Below the pieces are notes generated by a model. That model did no database searches. It worked only from the letters and a program-made list of their open reading frames with translations, and was not told where the DNA came from. From Phycisphaera mikurensis NBRC 102666 (lineage in GTDB: Bacteria > Planctomycetota > Phycisphaerae > Phycisphaerales > Phycisphaeraceae): DNA of 32,000 nucleotides. Made by a program: the position numbers and the translations under genes. The stretch covers positions 2,550,001 to 2,582,000 of the forward strand of contig NC_017080.1 of assembly GCF_000284115.1 (NCBI RefSeq), given 5' to 3'. How positions within the stretch are numbered: position 1 is the stretch's first letter; each line of letters starts with the position of its first letter. Shown here piece after piece: positions 16,290-23,470 of the stretch.

Positions 16290-16365
16290 GCCGCCCGTCC
16301 GCCTGCCCGCCCGCTCCGCGGAGACAGGCGGGCCTGTTGCCGCGGCGTGCGGGCTTGGGGCGTGT

Positions 16366-17949
16366 TCAAACCTCGGCCGGCACGAGCTTCTCTTCCTTCC
16401 ACTTCTTGAGCTTCACGCCCAGGGTGCGGAGGCCGATGCCCAGCGCAGAAGCGGCGCGGGTCCGGTTGCCGTCGAAGTGGGCCAGCGCGGCGAGGATCTT
16501 CTCCCGCTCGATCTCGTCGAGCGGACGGACGGCCGCGGGGCCGCTGCCCTCGCAGGGATCCGCCTCGCACTCCACCACCACCGGCTCCGCCACGGGCGGC
16601 AGCGACATCAGCCGGTCCGGGTTCGGCGACGGCGGCTGCAGCGAGGGGCTGCCCAGCGCGGCCGCGGGCGTGAGCGCGCCCGCGGCGGCCGCGGCGGCCG
16701 TCGCGGCGGCGGGCCGCGGCGGCGCCGCGGGATCGCCGGGCGGGGCTTCCAGCCACGGCCGGAACAGCGAGGCCCCCAGCGTGCCGTCCCCGCCCAGCAC
16801 CGCCGCCCGCTCGCAGAGGTTCTGCAGCTCCCGCACGTTGCCCGGCCAGCGGTACGCCGACAGCAGCGCCTCCGCCTCGGGCGTCAGCCGCTTCGGCTCG
16901 GCCCCGCTCCGCTGCGCGATGCTGCGCAGGAAATGCGCGGCCAGCGCGGGCACGTCGCCGCCGCGGTCACGCAGCGGCGGCAGCTCCAGCGGCAGCACGT
17001 TGAGCCGGTAGTAGAGGTCCTGCCGGAAGCTGCCGTCGGCGACGCTGCGGGTGAGGTCGCGGTTGGTCGTGGCGATGACGCGGACGTCGACGCTGCGGGT
17101 GGCGCTGCTGCCGACCCGCTCGAACTGCCCCTCCTGCAGGACGCGCAGCAGCTTCGCCTGCAGCGTCGGGTCGATCTCGCTGACCTCGTCGAGGAAGAGC
17201 GTTCCGCCGTCGGCCAGCTCGAAGCGGCCCTTCCGCTCGCTGTCGGCGCCGGTGAAGGCGCCTCGCTCGTGCCCGAAGAGCTCGCTCTCGAGGAGCGAGC
17301 TCGACAGCGCGGCGCAGTTGAGGCAGAGCATCACCGCGTCCCTCCGCCGCGAGGCCGCGTGGCACGCCCGGGCGACGACTTCCTTGCCCGTGCCCGACTC
17401 GCCGCGGATCAGCACCGTCGCGTCGGCCGCCGCCACCGGCACGAGCTCCGCCTTCACCCGCCGCATCGCGGGCGAGTCGCCGACGATGCCGGCGAGCGGG
17501 TCCCGCGGCGCCGCGGATCGCGGGGCTTTGGCCGCGGGATCGGCCGCGGTCCGCGGCGCGGCCGCCGCGGGCGGCCCGGCCGCCTCCGCCGCGGCCACCG
17601 CCCGCTTCATCACCGACAGGAGCGCATCGCCCTCGAAGGGCTTCTGGATGAAGTCGAAGGCCCCCGCCTTCATCGCCGAGACCGCGTCGTTGACGCCGCC
17701 GAACGCGGTCATGAGGACCACCGGCAAGCCCGGCTGCGCCGCGAGGAGCTCGTCGAGCAGCTCCAACCCCGTCATGTTCGGCATCGACAGGTCGGTGAGG
17801 ACGGCGGTCGGCCGGTGCTTCTTGCGCATCTTCAGCGCGGTCGCTCCCTCGGGCGCGGTGACGACGAGGAAGCCCGCCCGCTGCAGGATCGCGGCGACGC
17901 TGTCGCGCATGACCTGCTTGTCGTCGACGACGAGGATTCTCTGGGCCAT
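16366..17949 (-). CDS. Sigma-54-dependent response regulator (NtrC family; FlrC/FleR/FlgR-like), 527 aa
   Basis: REC domain (ILVVDDKQVMRDSV...AVLTDLSMPNMTGLELL). AAA+ sigma-54 interaction domain with Walker A GESGTGKE, the GAFTGA loop (HERGAFTGA), TLFLDEV and WPGNVRELQN. A long Ala/Pro linker, then a Fis-type HTH (GNRTRAASALGIGLRTLGVKLKKW). Confidence 0.93.
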   Translation of the reverse strand: MAQRILVVDDKQVMRDSVAAILQRAGFLVVTAPEGATALKMRKKHRPTAVLTDLSMPNMTGLELLDELLAAQPGLPVVLMTAFGGVNDAVSAMKAGAFDFIQKPFEGDALLSVMKRAVAAAEAAGPPAAAAPRTAADPAAKAPRSAAPRDPLAGIVGDSPAMRRVKAELVPVAAADATVLIRGESGTGKEVVARACHAASRRRDAVMLCLNCAALSSSLLESELFGHERGAFTGADSERKGRFELADGGTLFLDEVSEIDPTLQAKLLRVLQEGQFERVGSSATRSVDVRVIATTNRDLTRSVADGSFRQDLYYRLNVLPLELPPLRDRGGDVPALAAHFLRSIAQRSGAEPKRLTPEAEALLSAYRWPGNVRELQNLCERAAVLGGDGTLGASLFRPWLEAPPGDPAAPPRPAAATAAAAAAGALTPAAALGSPSLQPPSPNPDRLMSLPPVAEPVVVECEADPCEGSGPAAVRPLDEIEREKILAALAHFDGNRTRAASALGIGLRTLGVKLKKWKEEKLVPAEV

Positions 17950-17955
17950 GTCGGA

Positions 17956-18837
17956 TCAGCTCTCCGGGAACGTCAGGGTGAAGGCGGCTCCGCCGCGGTT
18001 CTCGACCGCGACCGCGCCGCCGTGGGCGTCCACGAGGCGGTGAACGATCGCCAGGCCCAGCCCGGTGCCGGAGCTGCGCGTGGTGAAGAAGGGGTTGAAC
18101 AGCCGGTCGGCCGCGTCGGGGTCGATGCCCGGGCCGGAGTCGGCGACGCGGAGGTAGCCGGCGCCGGCGGCCAGCCGCAGCGTGCGGGGCCTGCCGGCCG
18201 GCAGGCCGGCCATCGCGTCGACCGCGTTGCGCACGAGGTTCAGCAGCGCGCGATGCACGAGGTCCGGGTCGACCCGCAAGCGGACCCCGCCGGCGTCCAG
18301 CCCGACCGACACGCCCGCCGCCGCCAGCTCCGGCCCGGCCGCCTCCGCCGCGGACCGCAGCAGCTTCTCGGCCGGAACGTCGACGGTCCGCGGCTCCACC
18401 TGCTGGGCGAAGCTGAGCACGTCGTTCACCACCGCCGAGAGCGAGCGGACGGCCCCGGTGATCTTGCCGGCGTTGCCGCGGGCCTCCCGCACCGGCTTGC
18501 TCGCCGGCGCTGCGACGCCGCCGCCGGCCTCGGCCATCTCCAGGTCGGCCGCGACCAGCTCCGCGTAAAGGCCGATCGCTCCCAGCGGGTTCCGCACCTC
18601 GTGGGCGATGCCCGCGGCCATCTCACCCAGCGCCGCCAGCCGCTTGCTGCGCTGCAGCTGCTCGCTGGTGGTGGCGAGCTCGGCCCGCAGCCGCTTCACC
18701 TCGCCCTGCAGCGCCTCGTGGCTCCGCTGCAGCTTCTCGGTGATCCCGTTGTACGCGCCGATGAGCTCGTGGAGATCCTCCACCGAGAGCGCCGGCTTGG
18801 CGGGCACCGCGACGGCCTCGGGCGCGGCCGCGGTCAT
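17956..18837 (-). CDS. Cytoplasmic histidine kinase with no TM or recognisable sensor domain (FlrB/FleS/FlgS-like), 293 aa
   Basis: Coiled coil (ITEKLQRSHEALQGEVKRLRAELATTSEQLQRSKRLAALGEMAAGIAHEVRNPL, which includes the H-box), then HATPase_c motifs (LLNLVRNAVDAM; DSGPGI; FNPFFTTRSSGTGLGLAIV). The ATG at 18837 overlaps the upstream TGA (ATGA). The 70 upstream codons in the ORF track are junk. Confidence 0.88.
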   Translation of the reverse strand: MTAAAPEAVAVPAKPALSVEDLHELIGAYNGITEKLQRSHEALQGEVKRLRAELATTSEQLQRSKRLAALGEMAAGIAHEVRNPLGAIGLYAELVAADLEMAEAGGGVAAPASKPVREARGNAGKITGAVRSLSAVVNDVLSFAQQVEPRTVDVPAEKLLRSAAEAAGPELAAAGVSVGLDAGGVRLRVDPDLVHRALLNLVRNAVDAMAGLPAGRPRTLRLAAGAGYLRVADSGPGIDPDAADRLFNPFFTTRSSGTGLGLAIVHRLVDAHGGAVAVENRGGAAFTLTFPES

Positions 18838-19316
18838 CCGCGGCGGTTGGTGAAGCGGGTGGCGCCGGGCACGGCCGCACGCTTGTAGGCGTTCAGCGCC
18901 CGCGGCGTCCGGGCCGCCTGCGTCAGCTCGGCCTTCACCGCGTCGCGTCCTTCCGCCAGCGCGCGCTGCCCGGCGTCGTCGAGGCCCATGATCTCCTCGA
19001 GAAGCCGCTGGACCTCGTCGACCAGCGAGCGGACGGCGTCGCGGCACGCCGGCCCGCCCGCCGCGGCGACGTCGCCGATCCGCGGGCGCAGCGGGTCCAG
19101 CTCGGCGTTGAGCGCCGTCAACGCGTCGACGTGGCGTTGCCGCCGGCCGAGCAGGGTCATGAGCGCCCCCGCGTCGCGGCGGGCGATCAGGTCGCCCTGC
19201 ATCTCCGCGAGCGCTCTGAGCTGCTCGTACTCGTCCCGCTGCCGCTCCAGCAGCGACCTCAGCCGGGCGGCCTCGGCGGCGTCGTCGGTGCGGATTGGGA
19301 GGGCGTGTGCGGTCAT
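18834..19316 (-). CDS. FlgN-like flagellar chaperone family protein (tentative), 160 aa
   Basis: All-helical; the N-half LRSLLERQRDEYEQLRALAEMQGDLIARRDAGALMTLLGRRQRHVDALTALNAELDPL fits the FlgN/PF05130 pattern (L..LL..E...L..L..l...q..al...d...l..ll..k...l..l..le..r). Size and context fit. Assignment is by pattern only. Confidence 0.45.
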   Translation of the reverse strand: MTAHALPIRTDDAAEAARLRSLLERQRDEYEQLRALAEMQGDLIARRDAGALMTLLGRRQRHVDALTALNAELDPLRPRIGDVAAAGGPACRDAVRSLVDEVQRLLEEIMGLDDAGQRALAEGRDAVKAELTQAARTPRALNAYKRAAVPGATRFTNRRG

Positions 19317-19392
19317 CCTTGACCAGGGCTCGGGCGACGCGCCGGCGTCCTGCCGGCCGCTGGGTTATCGGCCGCCTCCGGCCGATCCCCCC

Positions 19393-19415
19393 AAAAGATC
19401 GCGCAGAAGCTGCGC
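19393..19415 (-). terminator. Weak intrinsic-terminator candidate downstream of the GMC oxidoreductase
   Basis: On the minus strand, GCGCAG-CTT-CTGCGC (6-bp stem, 3-nt loop; plus coordinates 19401-19415) is followed by GATCTTTTGG, about 50 nt after the stop at 19468. The stem is short and the U-tract is only 4 nt. Confidence 0.3.
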
Positions 19416-19467
19416 CGGACGCCGCCGGGGCGTGCGGTGCCGCGCCCGGGCCCCGCCCCGCCCCGCG

Positions 19468-21075
19468 TCACACCGCCGCGACGCGTTCGCCGGCGACGGA
19501 GAGCTCCATCAGCTTCAGCGTGGCGTCGGCCGGCTGCCGCCGCGGCAGCTCCAGCGGCTGGCCCGCCAGCTTCGCGGCGACGCGGAGGGCGTTGGCGACG
19601 ATCGTCAGCGTCAGGTTCGTGGCCCCCATGCTCGGCATGAAGGCCGAGTCGACCACGAGCAGGTTCTCGACGCCGTGGCTGCGGCAGTCGCTGTCGAGCA
19701 CGCTCGTCGCCGGGTCGTCGCCCATCGGGCAGGTGCCGGCCTGGTGCCAGACGGTGTCCAGGCCCATCGTCTTCAGCCAGAAGCGGTCGTAGCCGCAGCG
19801 GCGGAGCTGCTTCTGCCAGAGCGCGAGGAAGTCTTCGTGGGCGCTCATGTTCGTGCTCTTGAAGCTCACCTTCAGCCGGCCGGCGTCGGTCACCGTCACG
19901 CGGTTCTCCGGCACCGGCAGGTCCTCGCTGGTCATCCACCAGTTGATGCAGTGCGCGGCGTCGTACTTGAGCACCTCGTCGGGCACCGGGCCGTTGCTGA
20001 AGGCCTTCAACCGCTGCCAGGGCGCCTTCCCGGTGAGCTGCACGGTGCCCAGCGGGTAGTCGTGCTCCTCGCTGCCGAAGTAGTAGTCGTGGAAGGCGAG
20101 CGTCTTCTGGAACACGGTGGTGTTCGGCGTGTAGCCGATGGCCAGGAGCGCCGAGTGGTTGTGCTTCATGAGCCCGCGGCCGACGAGGTCGTTGCCGTTG
20201 CCGGCACCGGCCGGCCAAGCGTCGCAGCGCGAAGCGAGCATCAGGGCGGCGGAGTTGATGGCGCCGCAGGAGAGGACCACCTGGTCGGCCGTCACCTCCT
20301 CCGGCTCGTGCCCCGCGCGCCGGACCCACACGCCCCGGCAACGCTTGCCCCCGGCGGCGGGCAGCAGCCGCAGCACCCGCGCGTGCTCCCAGAGCTCGAC
20401 GCGGCCCTCGCCCTCGACCAGCGCCGGGTTGATCCCGACCGTCTCGGCGTCGCACTTGGCGTGCAGCTTGCAGGGGAAGGGGTCGCAGGTCTGGCAGCGG
20501 ATGCACGGCCGCGCACCGGGGTCTTCCTCGTCGCGGTTGAGCGAGAGCGGGTTGTGGATCGGGTGGAAGCCGAGCTTCTGCAGCTCGTCGGCCCGGGCCT
20601 GGATGTAGGGCTCGTGCTCGAAGGGGCCGAAGGGGTACGGCTCGCTGCGGCGGGGCTCGGTCGGGTCCTCGTCCGCGCCCGCGTGGATCATGTACATCCG
20701 CTCGGCGAGGCAGTAGAAAGGCTCGATGTCGTCGTAGGTGATCGGCCAGCCCGGCGACAGACCCTCCTTCAGCGGCAGGTCCTCGAAGTCCCTCTCCCGC
20801 ATCCGCTGCAGGACGGAGCCGTAGACCTTCGTGTTGCCGCCCACGTTGTAGTAGGCGTGGGGGTTGAGCTCCCGATCCTTGCCGTCGAGCCACATCTCGT
20901 CGGTGCGGTACCGCCCCCGCGTCACGATCTCGTCCGGGCTCCAGTTCTCGTCCTCCACCGGGAGCCGCCCCCCGCGCTCGAGGATCAGGACACGCTTGCC
21001 GGTCTTGGCCAGCGTCCGGGCGACGGCGGAGCCGCCGGCCCCGGCGCCGACGATCAGGAAGTCGTAGTCAGCCAT
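19468..21075 (-). CDS. GMC family FAD-dependent oxidoreductase, 535 aa
   Basis: ATG at 21075 gives MADYDFLIVGAGAGGSAVARTLAKTGKRVLILERGG (GxGxxG FAD fold). C-terminal GMC region HQAGTCPMGDDPATSVLDSDCRSHGVENLLVVDSAFMPSMGATNLTLTIVANALRVA. Confidence 0.85.
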   Translation of the reverse strand: MADYDFLIVGAGAGGSAVARTLAKTGKRVLILERGGRLPVEDENWSPDEIVTRGRYRTDEMWLDGKDRELNPHAYYNVGGNTKVYGSVLQRMRERDFEDLPLKEGLSPGWPITYDDIEPFYCLAERMYMIHAGADEDPTEPRRSEPYPFGPFEHEPYIQARADELQKLGFHPIHNPLSLNRDEEDPGARPCIRCQTCDPFPCKLHAKCDAETVGINPALVEGEGRVELWEHARVLRLLPAAGGKRCRGVWVRRAGHEPEEVTADQVVLSCGAINSAALMLASRCDAWPAGAGNGNDLVGRGLMKHNHSALLAIGYTPNTTVFQKTLAFHDYYFGSEEHDYPLGTVQLTGKAPWQRLKAFSNGPVPDEVLKYDAAHCINWWMTSEDLPVPENRVTVTDAGRLKVSFKSTNMSAHEDFLALWQKQLRRCGYDRFWLKTMGLDTVWHQAGTCPMGDDPATSVLDSDCRSHGVENLLVVDSAFMPSMGATNLTLTIVANALRVAAKLAGQPLELPRRQPADATLKLMELSVAGERVAAV

Positions 21076-21140
21076 GTGGGTTTTTCGGAATCGCGCCCCG
21101 CGTGCGGGTGAAGGTAGGTCGTGGCGCGCGGGGGCCGCGC

Positions 21141-21360
21141 TTCGTCGATCACGAAGATCGCGAAGACACGAAGGCACGAAGGGAGCAGCAGAAGGGTTGC
21201 GCCGCGTCGGCTCCTTCGACATCTCGAGCGTGGTCCGGGACCCGACCGGAGCGAGCGCAGCCGCCACCGGGCCGGCCGCGTCCGTTCGGTGGACGGGGCG
21301 GGCTCCCTGCGCTCTTCATCGCGCCTTGGCGCCTTCGCGCTCTTCGCGATGCAGCGAAGC
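21141..21360. repeat. Two oppositely oriented clusters of an 8/9-bp CTTCGYG / CRCGAAG repeat in the cyclase-GMC intergenic region
   Basis: Cluster A (21141-21183): cttcgtcgatc ACGAAG atcgCGAAG acACGAAG gcACGAAG gg. Cluster B (21311-21360): gctcttca tcgcgcct tggcgcct tcgcgctc ttcgcgat gcagcgaag. A perfect 10-bp inverted pair is atcgcgaaga (21157-21166) with tcttcgcgat (21341-21350). Local hairpins are CTTCGT-cgatc-ACGAAG and CTTCGC-gatgca-GCGAAG. Confidence 0.8.
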
Positions 21361-21381
21361 GACCGCCCCCACGCGGCGACT

Positions 21382-22026
21382 TCAAAGGGCTCGGAGGAGC
21401 ACGCGGGTCGGAGCGGCGTCCGCACCCTGGATCTTCAGGGGCAGCGCGATCATCTCGTGGTCGCCGGGATCGACGTGCTGGAGGCGGAGGCCCTCGACGA
21501 CGCACACGCCGGCCTGCAGCAGGATGTGGTGCGTGCTGGCGGCGTCGTCGAAGGGGGCGACGCTCAGGTAGTCGACGCCGACGAAGCCGACGCCGCGGTC
21601 GGCGAGGTAGCCGGCGGCGTCGGGCGCGATCGCGGCGTAGCCCTCGTCGAAGGGCTCGACGTTCCAGTCCCGGTCGCTGTTGCGGGTCTTGAAGATCAGC
21701 CGGTCGCCGGCGTCGATCCGCCGCTGGTCGTCGATCCACTGGACGTCGTCGGCGCAGACGTGCGGCTCGCCGCGGACCGCGACCACGCGGACCCGTCCGA
21801 TGCCGCGGTCCGCGGGCATGTGCGCGATGTCCTCGCCGCCGACGAGGAAGTGCGAGAACGCGTCCATGTGCGTGCCGGTGTGGACGCTGGTCCTCAGCAC
21901 CGAGACGTCGCAGCCGTTGGGCTCGTCGAGCGCCTCCAGCAGGCTCACCTCCACCGACGGCTGCCCTGGCCACGCGGGCATCCCGGGGTGGATGGGCATC
22001 GTCGCGTCGATCCAGGCGTGGGGCAT
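21382..22026 (-). CDS. Cyclase family protein (kynurenine formamidase/arylformamidase-like, PF04199), 214 aa
   Basis: Metal-binding motif SVHTGTHMDAFSHF (HxGTHxDxPxH-type), then VGVDYLSV and a typical length. ATG at 22026. Confidence 0.8.
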   Translation of the reverse strand: MPHAWIDATMPIHPGMPAWPGQPSVEVSLLEALDEPNGCDVSVLRTSVHTGTHMDAFSHFLVGGEDIAHMPADRGIGRVRVVAVRGEPHVCADDVQWIDDQRRIDAGDRLIFKTRNSDRDWNVEPFDEGYAAIAPDAAGYLADRGVGFVGVDYLSVAPFDDAASTHHILLQAGVCVVEGLRLQHVDPGDHEMIALPLKIQGADAAPTRVLLRAL

Positions 22027-22039
22027 GCGGCCAAGCTAG

Positions 22040-23470
22040 CAGGCCGCTGCAGAAACCCACTGCCGGATCGTTGGCTTGAGGCACGGGGGTTGTCTGCGAA
22101 TTCGTCGGCCAGCGGCGGGTGATCCGCCGCATCGTCGGGGGATTTTCAGCCGCTCGAACGGCGGCAGCACGGTGGGATCACCCACCGATCCAGCCATCGG
22201 CCTCTACGCCGCCATCAGGTTCCTCAGCCTCACCAGCGTCAGCCCCGCCGCGGCGATGTGCCACTGCTGTTGGATCCGCTCTCGACCCACCAGACGCGCC
22301 TTGCTCAAGAGTGCGTGGCTCTTCAACCAGCCAAACGGCTCCTCCACTTTCTTGCGTTTCCGCTGGCTGATCGCGTAGCCGCGGTCCCGCAGCTTCCGCC
22401 GGAAGTTGCGGAGCCTGGCCGCCAGTTTCGGCCGGTCCGCCTTCTTCGGCCCCCTCCGCCCGCCGGGCCGACGCTCGCGGCTGGGGGCAACGTGCGGGGT
22501 CGCCCCCCGGTCTTCGAGCTCGCGAAGAAACGCGCCGGCGTCGTAGCCGGCGTCGGCTCCGACCGTGCGGGCGCTGATCCCGTGGGTCGTCTTGAGCGTG
22601 TCGACCAGTTCCAGGGCCGTCTCCCGCTCGGCGAAGCCGTTGGCCTCGGAGAGCTTCATCCCCACGATGATGCCGCTGCGGTTGTCCACCAGCAGGTGGC
22701 CCATGTGCGAGAGCTTGGCGGGCTGGCCGTCGCCCTTGCGGTAGAGCTTGGCCTCCGGATCGGTCACGCTGCGGTGCGTGGCGTTGCTGCGCTTCTGGCC
22801 GTGGAAGTCTTGCTCGGGGTTGCGGCTCTTGAAGCCACCGGTGCCGCCGGGACCCTTGTCGTGGTCCTGATCGTCGCCGCCGCAGTGCTGCTTGCGGGCT
22901 TGAGCGGCATCGGCGGTGGCGTTGGGCACGAAGCTCTTGATGGAGCCGTGGCTCTCGATGAGCGTGCCGTCGACGCTGAAGTGCTCGGTGGAGACCTTGC
23001 CCGTGTCGATGGCCAGCTTGGTGACGGCGGTGAAGAACTTCTCGGCGAGCTTGTGCTTGATCAGCCGGTCGCGGTTGTGGGTGAAGGCGGTGGCGGCGGG
23101 GACCGGCTCGGCGGGGTCCATGCCGCAGAACCACCGGAACACCAGGTCGGTGTCGAGGCGGTCGAAGAGCTTGGCTTCGCTGGAGACGCCGTAGAGCGCC
23201 TGCAAGAGCATGAGCTTGAGCAGCCGCTCAGGCGGGACACCTGGGCGGCCCACGTCGGCGTAGGCCGCGTCGAAGTCGGCGGTCATGTCGCCGAGGATGC
23301 GGTCGACGATCCGGCGAATCGGCCGCAGCGGGTGGTCGGGGCGGATGCGTTCTTCGAGGTCGATCGCGAAGAACATCGGGGACGAGGAAGCGACGCGGCC
23401 ACGCATGAGAAGGCTCCTGAGGAAGAAGCCTCAGAAGTTAGCGCGATGGACAGGGTTCTGCAGCGGCCTG
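22040..23470 (-). mobile_element. Intact IS5/IS1182-type insertion sequence (1431 bp) flanked by a 4-bp CTAG direct repeat
   Basis: Terminal inverted repeats: left caggccgctgcagaaaccc (22040-22058); the reverse complement of the right end (23453-23470) is caggccgctgcagaaccc. They are 15/15 identical, then differ by a 1-nt indel. CTAG occurs at 22036-22039 and 23471-23474. A single DDE transposase ORF lies inside. Confidence 0.85.
22204..23406 (-). CDS. IS5/IS1182-family DDE transposase (InsH-N/DUF772 + DDE_Tnp_1), 400 aa
   Basis: N-domain FFAIDLEERIRPDHPLRPIRRIVDRIL...GRPGVPPERLLKLMLLQALYGVSSEAKLFDRLDTDLVFRWFCG. Catalytic candidates are FSVDGTLIES, VGADAGYDAGAF and KKVEEPFGWLK. The tail LVGRERIQQQWHIAAAGLTLVRL is typical of the family. 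The true start may be the internal Met at MFFAIDL. Confidence 0.85.
   Translation of the reverse strand: MRGRVASSSPMFFAIDLEERIRPDHPLRPIRRIVDRILGDMTADFDAAYADVGRPGVPPERLLKLMLLQALYGVSSEAKLFDRLDTDLVFRWFCGMDPAEPVPAATAFTHNRDRLIKHKLAEKFFTAVTKLAIDTGKVSTEHFSVDGTLIESHGSIKSFVPNATADAAQARKQHCGGDDQDHDKGPGGTGGFKSRNPEQDFHGQKRSNATHRSVTDPEAKLYRKGDGQPAKLSHMGHLLVDNRSGIIVGMKLSEANGFAERETALELVDTLKTTHGISARTVGADAGYDAGAFLRELEDRGATPHVAPSRERRPGGRRGPKKADRPKLAARLRNFRRKLRDRGYAISQRKRKKVEEPFGWLKSHALLSKARLVGRERIQQQWHIAAAGLTLVRLRNLMAA

Noticed and set aside
15514-18888. A very long plus-strand ORF (1124 aa). Similar long antisense ORFs occur at 1300-3627 (+), 3933-6428 (+), 7347-9245 (+), 9523-11367 (+), 10079-11758 (+), 12843-14729 (+), 18988-21111 (+), 23285-25252 (+), 26641-28959 (+) and 27014-28984 (-), among others.
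   Set aside because: Their translations are Arg/Gly/Pro/Ala low-complexity sequence with no recognisable domains. Each lies antisense or out of frame to an ORF with clear family signatures. Stop-codon depletion in very GC-rich DNA produces such shadow ORFs routinely.
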